Positions 5,766-15,469 of a DNA stretch of 27,815 nt are shown here, in pieces. Each line of letters starts with the position of its first letter. Position 1 is the stretch's first letter. The position numbers and the translations under genes were made by a program. The notes under the pieces were generated by a model. That model had not been told where the DNA came from and did not search any database. It was given only the letters and a program-made list of their open reading frames with translations. This stretch comes from an uncultured Muribaculaceae bacterium (GTDB lineage Bacteria; Bacillota_I; Bacilli_A; RF39; UBA660), in NCBI GenBank assembly GCA_964651795.1, contig CAZYWD010000001.1, positions 1-27,815 on the forward strand. The letters run 5' to 3'.

Positions 5766-8624
5766 ATGCATTTAAGTTTTTTGTTATTAGCAGGCAGTTT
5801 GTTTTATGTAGTACTAATTGGAATTTTATATTTTATTAAAAAAAGAATTAAATTAATTGAAAATAGAATTTATGAAATTATTATTGGAACATCTATTATA
5901 GGAATAATCTTAGATTTTATAGGAATTTATGCGAATTTGAATTTTCCAGATACTAGTATAATTAGATGGTTAATTGTCAAACTTTATTTCTTATATTTAT
6001 TATCAATAGTATTTCTATTAACGTTCTATATTTTCTTTTCTGTCGTGAGTGATTTAGAAAAGACTGAAAAAGTAAAGAAAAGAATTAAGATAGAATTTAA
6101 TTTATTGATAACAACTTTTGCACTTTTTATAATATTAAATTTTATGTTACCATTTAGTTATTACAATGATGGGGATATTATTTATGTATATGGTGCTAAT
6201 GCTTATTTTCTGTATGGTGTTACGGGATTTACGATGCTTTGTTGGCTTATATATATAGGATTTAATTTTAAAAAGATTACTCCTAAAAAGTATTTACCAA
6301 TAATTGCTTTTGTATTAATAGGAGCACCAGTTGCTTATGTACAAATGATGCATCCAGAACTGCTATTAGTTACAGCACTGATATCTTTTATTGTTGTATT
6401 TATGTATCACACTATTGAAAATCCAGATTTAAAGATAATGAATCAATTATCTTTTGCAAAAGAACACGCAGAAAAGGCTAATCGTGCTAAATCTGAATTT
6501 TTATCTAGTATGAGTCATGAAATTAGAACACCTTTAAATGCGATTGTTGGATTTAGTGAGTGCATTAAAACTGAAAAAACATTAGAAGAAGCACAGAAGG
6601 ATGCTGATGATATAATTATGGCCAGTCAAAATTTACTAGAAATAGTAAATGGTGTTTTAGATATTTCTAAGATAGAAGCTAATAAAATGGAAATAGTAAA
6701 TAATAATTATCAGCTATTACCTCATTTAGAAAATTTAGCAAAATTGATAATACCAAGAATTGGTGAAAAACCAATAGAATTTATTACTAAATTTGCACCA
6801 GATATTCCGGCAGTAATGTATGGTGATCTTGGTAAAATCAAACAAATTATTACAAATATTCTAACAAATGCTGTAAAATATACTGAAAAAGGGCAAATAT
6901 ATTTTAATGTAAATTGTATTAATGAAAAAAATGTGTGTGATTTAATAATTTCAATAAAGGATACTGGGCGTGGTATCAAAAAAGAAAAAATAGACACTCT
7001 CTTTACGAAGTTTAATAGATTGGAAGAAGATAGAAACACAACTCTTGAAGGTACAGGGCTTGGACTAGCAATTACAAAATCTCTTGTAGATATGATGGGT
7101 GGAAGAATTGTGGTTCAGACTCAATATGGAGAAGGATCTAATTTTATAGTATATTTAAAACAACAAATAATTCAACTTCATGGCGGGGAAGAAAATCAGC
7201 ATATAGTAGAGGAAGATGAAAAACTAGATTTTTCAAATTTCAAAGTTTTATTAGTTGATGATAATAATTTAAATTTAAAAGTAGCAAATAAAATTTTAAA
7301 GGAATATAATATTGATACTGTATTAGTAGAAAGTGGTAGTCAAACAATTGAATTAATAAAAAAAGGAGAAAAGTTTGATTTAATTTTATTAGATGATATG
7401 ATGCCAAAGATGAGTGGCGTTGAAACATTACAGAATTTAAAACAAATAGAAGCATTCAATACTCCAACTGTTGCATTAACAGCAAATGCTTTATCAGGAA
7501 TGCGAGAACATTATTTAAAATTAGGCTTTAATGATTATTTAGCTAAACCAATTAATAAAGAAGAATTAAAATTAGTGTTAAAAAACTATTTAAAAGTTAA
7601 TAATTCTCCTACTAATTTAAAGACAAATGAAGGAACAATACAACTGGTTTTAAACATTAATTCTATTCCAGATAGTCAAGAGAAAAATAATCAAATTGAA
7701 ATGAAAGATTATAGTAATAAAAAAGTATTAATAGTTGATGATAACAAATTAAATATATCAGTTGCAAGAACATTTTTAAAACCATACAACTTTATAATAG
7801 AAGCGGTGCTAAGTGGGAATGAGTGTATTGAAAAAATAAATCAAGGAATAAAATATGACTTAATATTTATGGATTCTATGATGCCAGGAATGGATGGTAC
7901 AGAAACATTAAATAGACTAAATCAAATTCCTAACTTTAATACTAAAGTAATAGCTCTTACAGCTGATGCTGTAGAGGGAGCAAAGGAAAGATTTTTACAA
8001 GCGGGATTTAATTCTTATATATCAAAACCAATAAATAAAAAATTATTAGATGAAGAAATAAATAGATTAATTGGAAATGATTCAATTAAAAGTGATAACA
8101 GTAAGGAATTTCCGAAAGAATGGTTAGATATGAGTAAACCACCAAGTGAAATAAATGTTAATTCAGTTGATGAATATACACCTAATAATCAATTTTCATC
8201 AGTATATATAACTAAACAATCTAATGATAAAGACATAAATATTAATATTTCAAATTCTATAAATATTGGCAATGTAGATTATCTAAAACAAAATGGAATA
8301 GATGTGGATCATGGAATAGAGCTTTTAGGGGATATGGAGATGTACAATGACACTCTGAAAGAATTTATGCAAGAGATAAACGCAAGAGTAGATAAGTTAA
8401 AATTATATAAAGAACAGTCTGACATGCCTAATTATTCAATTGAAGTACATGCTTTAAAAAGTGACAGTAAGTATTTAGGATTTACAAAATTAGTAGATTT
8501 AGCATTTAATCATGAACTAAAAAGTAAAGAAGAAAACGTTATATATATTAATGAAAATTTTTCTAAATTAATTCAAGAATTAGAAAAAGTTTTAATCGTA
8601 GTAAAAGAATATATAAATTTATAA
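5766..8624 (+). CDS. Membrane-bound hybrid sensor histidine kinase: multi-TM sensor, HisKA, HATPase, REC, REC, Hpt
   Basis: About 7 hydrophobic segments; H-box MSHEIRTPLNAIVGF; N/G boxes ILTNAVKYT, DTGRGI, GTGLGL; two REC domains (VDDN...DDMMP...KPI and VDDN...DSMMP...KPI); Hpt VHALKSDSKYLG. Start moved to ATG 5766 (SD AAGGGCGG). Confidence 0.92.
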   Translation: MHLSFLLLAGSLFYVVLIGILYFIKKRIKLIENRIYEIIIGTSIIGIILDFIGIYANLNFPDTSIIRWLIVKLYFLYLLSIVFLLTFYIFFSVVSDLEKTEKVKKRIKIEFNLLITTFALFIILNFMLPFSYYNDGDIIYVYGANAYFLYGVTGFTMLCWLIYIGFNFKKITPKKYLPIIAFVLIGAPVAYVQMMHPELLLVTALISFIVVFMYHTIENPDLKIMNQLSFAKEHAEKANRAKSEFLSSMSHEIRTPLNAIVGFSECIKTEKTLEEAQKDADDIIMASQNLLEIVNGVLDISKIEANKMEIVNNNYQLLPHLENLAKLIIPRIGEKPIEFITKFAPDIPAVMYGDLGKIKQIITNILTNAVKYTEKGQIYFNVNCINEKNVCDLIISIKDTGRGIKKEKIDTLFTKFNRLEEDRNTTLEGTGLGLAITKSLVDMMGGRIVVQTQYGEGSNFIVYLKQQIIQLHGGEENQHIVEEDEKLDFSNFKVLLVDDNNLNLKVANKILKEYNIDTVLVESGSQTIELIKKGEKFDLILLDDMMPKMSGVETLQNLKQIEAFNTPTVALTANALSGMREHYLKLGFNDYLAKPINKEELKLVLKNYLKVNNSPTNLKTNEGTIQLVLNINSIPDSQEKNNQIEMKDYSNKKVLIVDDNKLNISVARTFLKPYNFIIEAVLSGNECIEKINQGIKYDLIFMDSMMPGMDGTETLNRLNQIPNFNTKVIALTADAVEGAKERFLQAGFNSYISKPINKKLLDEEINRLIGNDSIKSDNSKEFPKEWLDMSKPPSEINVNSVDEYTPNNQFSSVYITKQSNDKDININISNSINIGNVDYLKQNGIDVDHGIELLGDMEMYNDTLKEFMQEINARVDKLKLYKEQSDMPNYSIEVHALKSDSKYLGFTKLVDLAFNHELKSKEENVIYINENFSKLIQELEKVLIVVKEYINL

Positions 8625-8714
8625 AATTATTTTAATAATTAACGTATTATTTTTTGAGTTATAAAAAGGATTATGATAGTATGAATAAAAAATTATGTAA
8701 TTATGTATATTTTT

Positions 8715-8761
8715 GGAAGTAGTAAAAAGGCATTAAGCCATCTTTTCTGCTTCCTTTTTTT
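8715..8761 (+). terminator. Terminator-like hairpin plus T7 tract immediately upstream of the ugd SD (kinase terminator or attenuator)
   Basis: GGAAGTAG (8715-8722) / CTGCTTCC (8747-8754) outer stem, inner AAAA/TTTT and GGC/GCC pairs, T7 at 8755-8761; only 7 nt separate it from SD AAGGA. Confidence 0.6.
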
Positions 8762-8773
8762 GAAATGTAAGGA

Positions 8774-10099
8774 ATGATGATGTATATGGATTTTAAAAAA
8801 ATTACTGTTGTTGGAGCTGGATATGTAGGATTAATAACTGGTCTATGTTTAGCCAAAGTAGGTCATAATGTTAAAATACTAGAGACTTCGAATGAAAAGA
8901 TAGAAAAATTAAAAAAAAGAATCTCTCCAATTAAAGAGGCTAAGGTGGGAGAGTTTTTAAGCGATAAATCTCTTAAAATAGAATTTTATGATGATCAATA
9001 TTTAGCTTACTCTAATACAGATATAATTATATTGTGTGTTGGTACTCCACAGAAAAAAGACGGATCAGCTAATTTAAAATTTATTTATGATGCTTGTGAA
9101 AAAATAGTTAATTACATAACTAAAGATTGTATAGTAATTATAAAATCTACTGTTCCTGTTGGAACAAACGATCTAATAGATTCTTATTTTAAAAGTAAAA
9201 ATATCAACTATAATATCACGATAGTAAGCAATCCAGAATTTTTATCACAAGGTACTGCTATATATGATACTTTTAATGCTTCACGGATAGTAGTAGGGTG
9301 TAATGATGATTATTCTAAGGAAGTTATGAAACAATTATATAAACCCTTTACGGATTCTCCATATAATATTCCACTATTGATTATGGATAGAAAAAGTGCG
9401 GAATTAGTGAAATATGCATCAAATTGTTTTTTAGCACTTAAAATATCATACATTAATGAAATAGCTAATTTATGTGATGCTTTAGACGTAAATGTAGATA
9501 ATGTTATTGACGGAATGAAATATGATACTAGAATTGGCAATCAATTTTTACGCCCGGGAATTGGTTATGGTGGAAGTTGCTTTCCAAAAGATACTAATGC
9601 ACTTCTAGATGTTGCAAAACACAATAATATAGAATTAAAAACGATAGATGCATGTATTCAGGTTAATGAAAATCAAAAATTGAAATTAATAGAAAAGATG
9701 CTTTCAAATGATGTTAGCTTAAATGGAATCAATATTGGAATATTAGGATTAAGTTTTAAAAAGAATACAGATGATATTCGAGAGTCACCAGCAATTGATA
9801 ACATTGAATATTTGTTGGAAAAAAATGCTTATATCACAGTTTTTGATACAATGTCAGTAGATAATATAAAGAAAGTTTTTGGAGAAAAAATTAACTATGC
9901 AAACGATCTTGATGACTTATTAAATAAGAAAGATATAGTTCTTATCTTAAATGACAATTATAATTTAGAAAATTTAACAATAAAGAAAATTAAGCAATTA
10001 ATGAAAAGTCCTATTATATATGATGGTCGAAATTGTTTTGATCCAAAAATAATGAAACAAAATGGAATAAAATATTATTCTATAGGAAGAGGTGTTTAG
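8774..10099 (+). CDS. ugd: UDP-glucose 6-dehydrogenase (start may be 8780 or 8786)
   Basis: GAGYVG, CVGTP, IKSTVPVGT, SNPEFL, KYASNCFLALKISYINE, GYGGSCFPKD, FKKNTDDIRESP, YDGRN. Confidence 0.95.
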   Translation: MMMYMDFKKITVVGAGYVGLITGLCLAKVGHNVKILETSNEKIEKLKKRISPIKEAKVGEFLSDKSLKIEFYDDQYLAYSNTDIIILCVGTPQKKDGSANLKFIYDACEKIVNYITKDCIVIIKSTVPVGTNDLIDSYFKSKNINYNITIVSNPEFLSQGTAIYDTFNASRIVVGCNDDYSKEVMKQLYKPFTDSPYNIPLLIMDRKSAELVKYASNCFLALKISYINEIANLCDALDVNVDNVIDGMKYDTRIGNQFLRPGIGYGGSCFPKDTNALLDVAKHNNIELKTIDACIQVNENQKLKLIEKMLSNDVSLNGINIGILGLSFKKNTDDIRESPAIDNIEYLLEKNAYITVFDTMSVDNIKKVFGEKINYANDLDDLLNKKDIVLILNDNYNLENLTIKKIKQLMKSPIIYDGRNCFDPKIMKQNGIKYYSIGRGV

Positions 10100-11797
10100 A
10101 TGGAGCGTAATGTATTAATCGATAAACTACAAGAACATATTATTAATAAAACCTGTGCAGAATTTGCAATCTTTGAGCTGGATAAAAATAAAATAAAAGA
10201 TAAAATTTCATATACTAAGTTTTATAATGAAGTTAAAAACAGGGGCGAAAAATTTAAAAGAATTGGTTTAAATAAAAGATGTTGTTTGCTATATTTACCT
10301 GCTGGTGTTGATTCGGTAGTAACTATATATGCCTGTTTTTATGCAGGGATAGTTCCTATTATAAAAACAATTGGAGAGTCTGTTGGGCAAGAAAAAATAG
10401 TAAATCAATTTCATGAAACAATAAATGATTTTTCGTTTATTGGAGCAGTTATTACAAATTTTGGAGAAGCATATTTAGAACAAATATGTGAAGAACGTTC
10501 TATAGCCTATATTAATACTAAAAAATTAGATGAAATCCCAAAGCTGGTAATTAAAGAACTTTCTTTTGATGATGCAGATATGATTATGCTAACTTCTGGA
10601 TCAACTAAAGCATCTAAAGGAATAAAACTTACTTTTGAGCAGTTAGAACAAAATATAATCTATTGTAAAAATATTTGGAATATTACTAATAAGTCAATTG
10701 GTTTAACTTGGATGCCTCATTCACATATATATGGAATATTAACAGGATTAATGATTCCATTATATACAGGAAGTACATCTTACGTAACAAGTCCAAAAGA
10801 TTTTTCAGATGATTGTAGTGTTTGGATAAGAAATCTTTCATTATATAGGATAACGCATACGCATGGAGCAGCATCTAATTTTGCATTAAAAAATAGTGTT
10901 ATTTTGTATGATTCAATGAATAAAAAAGATTTAGATCTTTCAAAATTAGAAGTGTTATCATTAGGTGGAGAGGCAGTTAATATTAATTTGCTTGATGAAT
11001 TTTATAATACATTTAATAAACATGGCTTGAAAAAAAGTTGCTTACTTCCAAATTGTGGAATGTCAGAAATAGCTGGGCTGTTAAGTGGAGTGGCTATTGG
11101 TGAAGAATTAGTAGTATTAAATTTAAATCAAGAAAAATTAAAAAATAATGAAATTGTTGAGAGTACAGATTCGGATAATTATCGAATTATCAGTGTTGGA
11201 AAAGTTCAAACAGATGAAGTTTTAATTTTGAAGCCAAATGAATATGAGAGCTTTGAGGATTTGAAAATTGGTGAAATAGTTATCTCTCCACCATCATTAA
11301 GCAATGGTTATGTTTCTGAATCGGATAATAGTAGTTTTGAATATTTACAAATAAATAATGAAAAACGAAAATTTTATAGAACGGGTGATTTAGGATTCTT
11401 ATTTAAGAGTAATCTGTTTATAACTGGTCGTATTAAGGAAGTTATTAAAATTAACGGAAAGAATATGTCACCTTATGAGATTGAAAGTTGCATAAACACT
11501 AATTTATCAAATGGACTTTTGGGTAATAATGTCGCCTTTTCAATTATAAAAAATTTCCAAGAAGAATTAGCAATTTTTCAAGAAGTGAGTGTATCTATGC
11601 CCCTGTTTGAAAAAGAACGGTTAAAAAAACAAATAATTGAAATTCTTTATACAAATTTACAAATTAAAGTAAAAAACGAAAATCTTATTATTTTAGATAA
11701 TACCAAAATTCCTAGAATGACAAATGGAAAAATAAGTCGTTTGGAATGTAGAAAAAAATATGATGAATTATTAGAAAGTGTGGTAGGGGTTGATTAA
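10100..11797 (+). CDS. Fatty acyl-AMP ligase-like adenylate-forming enzyme
   Basis: LTSGSTKASKG, WMPHSHIYG (cf. FAAL WLPxxHDMG), CGMSE, YRTGDLGF, ITGRIKEVIKINGKN, IPRMTNGKISRLECR. Confidence 0.8.
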   Translation: MERNVLIDKLQEHIINKTCAEFAIFELDKNKIKDKISYTKFYNEVKNRGEKFKRIGLNKRCCLLYLPAGVDSVVTIYACFYAGIVPIIKTIGESVGQEKIVNQFHETINDFSFIGAVITNFGEAYLEQICEERSIAYINTKKLDEIPKLVIKELSFDDADMIMLTSGSTKASKGIKLTFEQLEQNIIYCKNIWNITNKSIGLTWMPHSHIYGILTGLMIPLYTGSTSYVTSPKDFSDDCSVWIRNLSLYRITHTHGAASNFALKNSVILYDSMNKKDLDLSKLEVLSLGGEAVNINLLDEFYNTFNKHGLKKSCLLPNCGMSEIAGLLSGVAIGEELVVLNLNQEKLKNNEIVESTDSDNYRIISVGKVQTDEVLILKPNEYESFEDLKIGEIVISPPSLSNGYVSESDNSSFEYLQINNEKRKFYRTGDLGFLFKSNLFITGRIKEVIKINGKNMSPYEIESCINTNLSNGLLGNNVAFSIIKNFQEELAIFQEVSVSMPLFEKERLKKQIIEILYTNLQIKVKNENLIILDNTKIPRMTNGKISRLECRKKYDELLESVVGVD

Positions 11798-11798
11798 G

Positions 11799-12692
11799 AT
11801 GAAACGAGTTAGAACAATAACAGAAGATGGTATTAATTTGATTGGAATTAATTATATTAGTAAAGAAAATAATACCGAGTGGTGTTTGATATTTCCTGGA
11901 GTTGATGGAAATATTATAACGAATGATTTTATAGATAAACTCGGAAATTTTATAACTACTAAAGGATATAATTTTTTATGTTCTCATACAAGAGGTGCAT
12001 TTCAAATAATTAGTAGTAATTCTGCTTCAGAAAACGAAACTGGAAAAACAATTGGGTCAGCTTTTGAAAATTTTGATGACTGTATTTATGATATAAATGC
12101 TTGGATAGATTATGCTATTCAAAATGGTGCTGAAAATATAAATATAATATGTCACAGTCATGGATGTAATAAAATAATTTATTATCTTAGTCAAGACAAA
12201 TCAAGATACTCATATATCAATAAGGTTATATTTTTGTCTCCCCTAGATTTAATAACAAGAATGAATAAACGTAGAGAAGTTATTAATTTAATCGAAACAG
12301 CAACAAAGACAATCAAAGAAAACAAATATCCAGAATTAATAAACTGCGGTTTCTTTTATAAATCAAGTTCTAGTTTTCTAGATATGATGACCAATAAGAA
12401 TGTTGATAATTTTCCTTTTATGAGTGAAGATAATAAGCCGTTCTCAATGTTTAACTCGATTGAAAAAGATAAATTTATTATATATGGAGAGAGCGAAAAA
12501 AAATATTTAGATAAATTCAACGATAAAATGAAAATGATAGATAAAAATTTCTTAAAAGGTTTTTATATTATTAATCAAGCAAATCATATTTATCAGGAAA
12601 AAGAAGATGTATTATGTAATTATGTAATTTCAATTTTAACAAATAATATTGAAAATTTAGAAAATTTATTAGAAGGTAATTATGAATTTTAA
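11799..12692 (+). CDS. Alpha/beta-fold hydrolase or acyltransferase (DUF1749-like)
   Basis: Nucleophile elbow ICHSHGCN, oxyanion region FPGVDG, C-terminal ANH. Start ATG 11799 preferred (SD AGGGG) over TTG 11790. Confidence 0.75.
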   Translation: MKRVRTITEDGINLIGINYISKENNTEWCLIFPGVDGNIITNDFIDKLGNFITTKGYNFLCSHTRGAFQIISSNSASENETGKTIGSAFENFDDCIYDINAWIDYAIQNGAENINIICHSHGCNKIIYYLSQDKSRYSYINKVIFLSPLDLITRMNKRREVINLIETATKTIKENKYPELINCGFFYKSSSSFLDMMTNKNVDNFPFMSEDNKPFSMFNSIEKDKFIIYGESEKKYLDKFNDKMKMIDKNFLKGFYIINQANHIYQEKEDVLCNYVISILTNNIENLENLLEGNYEF

Positions 12693-13473
12693 AAAAATAA
12701 AATTTAGTGCTATTAATGATGAAATTGAAGAAACTATAGAAGATCAGGTTAAGTTATTAAAACAATTAAATATTGAATTTATTGAACTTAGAAAAATAAA
12801 TAATAAATATTTGCATGAATTAACACCTAATGAAGTGAAAACTATCTTTGATATATTAAGTCAAAATAAAATGACAGTATCTGTACTTGATTCACCATTA
12901 GGTAAAAAAGATTTTAGTAAAGAAAGATTTTGGAAAATATTTAATATATATTTAGTTTTATCCCAGCAATTTAAATCTAAATATATTCGTATCTTTCCAA
13001 TAAATGATAATCTTGAGAATAATATAAAAATTATGCAAAAAATGTCAAATATTGCAAAAGAGCATGATGTAATTTTGCTTGTAGAAAACGAGAAAAATAC
13101 ATTGACAGAAAAAGCAGATGTAATGCTAGATTTACTTAATAAAGTTAATGAAGAAAATGTACAAATGTTATTTGATGTAGAAAACTTTTATTTTTGTGAA
13201 GAAGATATGATAAAATCGTATGAGATGTTAAAAAAATTTGTTAAATGTATTCATTTAAGAGATTTTGACAAAGATAAAAATTTATACACAGTAATAGGTA
13301 ATGGAACACTAGATATTGATTATTTTATGAATTTGATATTGGATAATATAGATTTAAATAATTTATTTGTATCTTTTGAAACCCATTTGCCAATGAATAA
13401 TTTTGAAAAAAGTAAAAGAGAGTTGTTTATAGAAAATGTCAAAAATTGTAGAAAGTTTAGGTGGTATGAATGA
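12682..13473 (+). CDS. Sugar-phosphate isomerase/epimerase (xylose-isomerase-like TIM barrel)
   Basis: FSAINDEI...IELR, metal ligands LVENE, FDVEN, IHLRD, SFETH. Confidence 0.82.
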   Translation: MNFKKIKFSAINDEIEETIEDQVKLLKQLNIEFIELRKINNKYLHELTPNEVKTIFDILSQNKMTVSVLDSPLGKKDFSKERFWKIFNIYLVLSQQFKSKYIRIFPINDNLENNIKIMQKMSNIAKEHDVILLVENEKNTLTEKADVMLDLLNKVNEENVQMLFDVENFYFCEEDMIKSYEMLKKFVKCIHLRDFDKDKNLYTVIGNGTLDIDYFMNLILDNIDLNNLFVSFETHLPMNNFEKSKRELFIENVKNCRKFRWYE

Positions 13474-14939
13474 CAATTAATTTATATGCAAAAATAGAAG
13501 AGTTAGTAGAGCGGTTAAAGGTAAAAATTGATAGTAATTATAAGATTGAACATAACAGTAATGATAATATTATTCTTATTAGTAACAATATTAATATCAT
13601 AAAAATTAATTATAGAATGTGTGATTTGCCGATAAGAAGTTTTTCAAACCCTGTTTTTGCAAGTCAAAAGTATATATTACAAATTTCAAATAATAATAAT
13701 AGTTTACATGAAATATTTAATACAATTATTAATACATGTAACGAATATTCTGATGAGGAAATAATGGCAATTTTAAATGACATGCCTATTGCTGGTGATT
13801 ATTCCAAAGCCAATTCATCAGCTTTATCTGGAGTTGCAATAATTTGGAGAGATCATTTTTTGGAAGAAAATATAGGTTTGTTAAATGGTTTTGTTAACAT
13901 GGGTATTTCAAGAAATGATATTATGGCTTTAGATAAAGGCGATCAAACAAAACACCAAAATCAAATAAGAGCAACTTTTAAAAAGATGGGATTTATTGTC
14001 GATATATTAGATAACTCTGTTATAAATGATGATAATAAAATTGGACCTGAAGCTGATAAGATATACAATTTTATTGAAACTCGTAAAGATAAAAAAGTAT
14101 TAGTAATAGATGATGGGGCAATTGTATCAAAAATTTTAAATAATAAATATTATGATAATGTTAAAGCAATAGTAGAATTAACTGAAATGGGTTTGAGAAG
14201 AATTAGTCATTTAGAAAATGGGCTATTGTATCCTGTTTTAAACATTGCTAAAACTAATTTAAAGAGAAATATTACCTATCCAGAAATTGCAAATTCAATA
14301 TTTATAAGAGTTATTGAATTAATTGGTGGAGAAAAGTTAGTTGGACGATCTATATTGCTTTGTGGTTATGGGGATATGGGAGAAATATTAGCAGATAGAT
14401 TTAGAGCATTTGGTATTAGAGTAATTATTTACGATCCAGACATTATGAAATTGATTGTATCGGGGGAAAAAGGATATACTACCTACGATGATATTTTAAC
14501 TGCTGTAGTTGAAGAAAAACCAATTTTGGTAATAGGTGCTTCTGGGTACAAAAGTATAACGGATGAGGTGGTGAGAAGCCTACCAAATAATTCTTATGTT
14601 ACAGCCGGAGCAACTGCTGATTTATCTATATTTCTTGAATATGAAAAAGATCAAAATATTGAATTTAGAAGAGTTAAAAATTATGGAACTCAATATAGAA
14701 TAAATAGTAAATTTGTTACAGTACTAGGTAATGGAAGATCGGTTAATCTATTTGATTCTGAAGCAATACCTAATAAGGCAAATGATATATTCAAGGCAGC
14801 TATCCTAGTCACTTGTAATCAGGCAATTAACAGTAAAGAACATTTAAAAAATCAATTAGATGTTAATATTGTTGAATATTGGATTAATAAATCAGGCATC
14901 TTAAATAGTTATTATAATATGTATTTAAAAAGAAAATAA
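13470..14939 (+). CDS. Divergent S-adenosylhomocysteine-hydrolase-like NAD-binding protein with an extra N-terminal region
   Basis: IDDGA, VELTEMG, PVLNIAKTNLK, Rossmann GYGDMG, YDPD, GNGRSVNL, in SAHH order. Confidence 0.75.
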   Translation: MTINLYAKIEELVERLKVKIDSNYKIEHNSNDNIILISNNINIIKINYRMCDLPIRSFSNPVFASQKYILQISNNNNSLHEIFNTIINTCNEYSDEEIMAILNDMPIAGDYSKANSSALSGVAIIWRDHFLEENIGLLNGFVNMGISRNDIMALDKGDQTKHQNQIRATFKKMGFIVDILDNSVINDDNKIGPEADKIYNFIETRKDKKVLVIDDGAIVSKILNNKYYDNVKAIVELTEMGLRRISHLENGLLYPVLNIAKTNLKRNITYPEIANSIFIRVIELIGGEKLVGRSILLCGYGDMGEILADRFRAFGIRVIIYDPDIMKLIVSGEKGYTTYDDILTAVVEEKPILVIGASGYKSITDEVVRSLPNNSYVTAGATADLSIFLEYEKDQNIEFRRVKNYGTQYRINSKFVTVLGNGRSVNLFDSEAIPNKANDIFKAAILVTCNQAINSKEHLKNQLDVNIVEYWINKSGILNSYYNMYLKRK

Positions 14940-14941
14940 GG

Positions 14942-15469
14942 GTGGTGTTTAAAATAATATCATATCAATCTGATAAGTTTAAATTTAATTTTAGAGTTGC
15001 TATAGTTATATTAACTATGGATGGACTTAATATTTTAATTCATAAGAAACAAAATTCTGATTTCTGGATGCTTCCTGGTGGAAGGGTTGAGGAATTAGAA
15101 AATTCTAAAGATGCGATAATTAGGGAAACTAGAGAAGAATTAGGAATAAATATAAATCCTGTATTAAAAACAATATCTGAAAATTTTTTTGAATTAGAAA
15201 ATGTACAATATCATGAAATTTGTTTTTATTATAAAAGTATTAGTGATATAAAAAAAACAAACTATGAACAATTTAATGGTTTAGAAGGGAAATATTATAT
15301 TTTTAAATGGATCAAGATTTCGGAAATTAATAATTACTTAATTTATCCTAGTTATCTTGTGGAAATGCTAAAAGATAGCTCAGGACAAATAGTTCATAAA
15401 ATTGACAATAAGTTAGGAGGTTTTAATAAAAATGAAGGACATGCATATACACGTACGAAAAGGAATTGA
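14942..15469 (+). CDS. NUDIX hydrolase
   Basis: Nudix box GGRVEELENSKDAIIRETREELGI. Confidence 0.93.
   Translation: MVFKIISYQSDKFKFNFRVAIVILTMDGLNILIHKKQNSDFWMLPGGRVEELENSKDAIIRETREELGININPVLKTISENFFELENVQYHEICFYYKSISDIKKTNYEQFNGLEGKYYIFKWIKISEINNYLIYPSYLVEMLKDSSGQIVHKIDNKLGGFNKNEGHAYTRTKRN

Noticed and set aside
6722-7455. Two minus-strand ORFs (105 and 71 aa)
   Set aside because: Antisense to well-supported kinase domains.
9310-10874. Minus-strand ORFs 9310..9540 and 10686..10874
   Set aside because: Antisense shadows of ugd and the FAAL-like gene.
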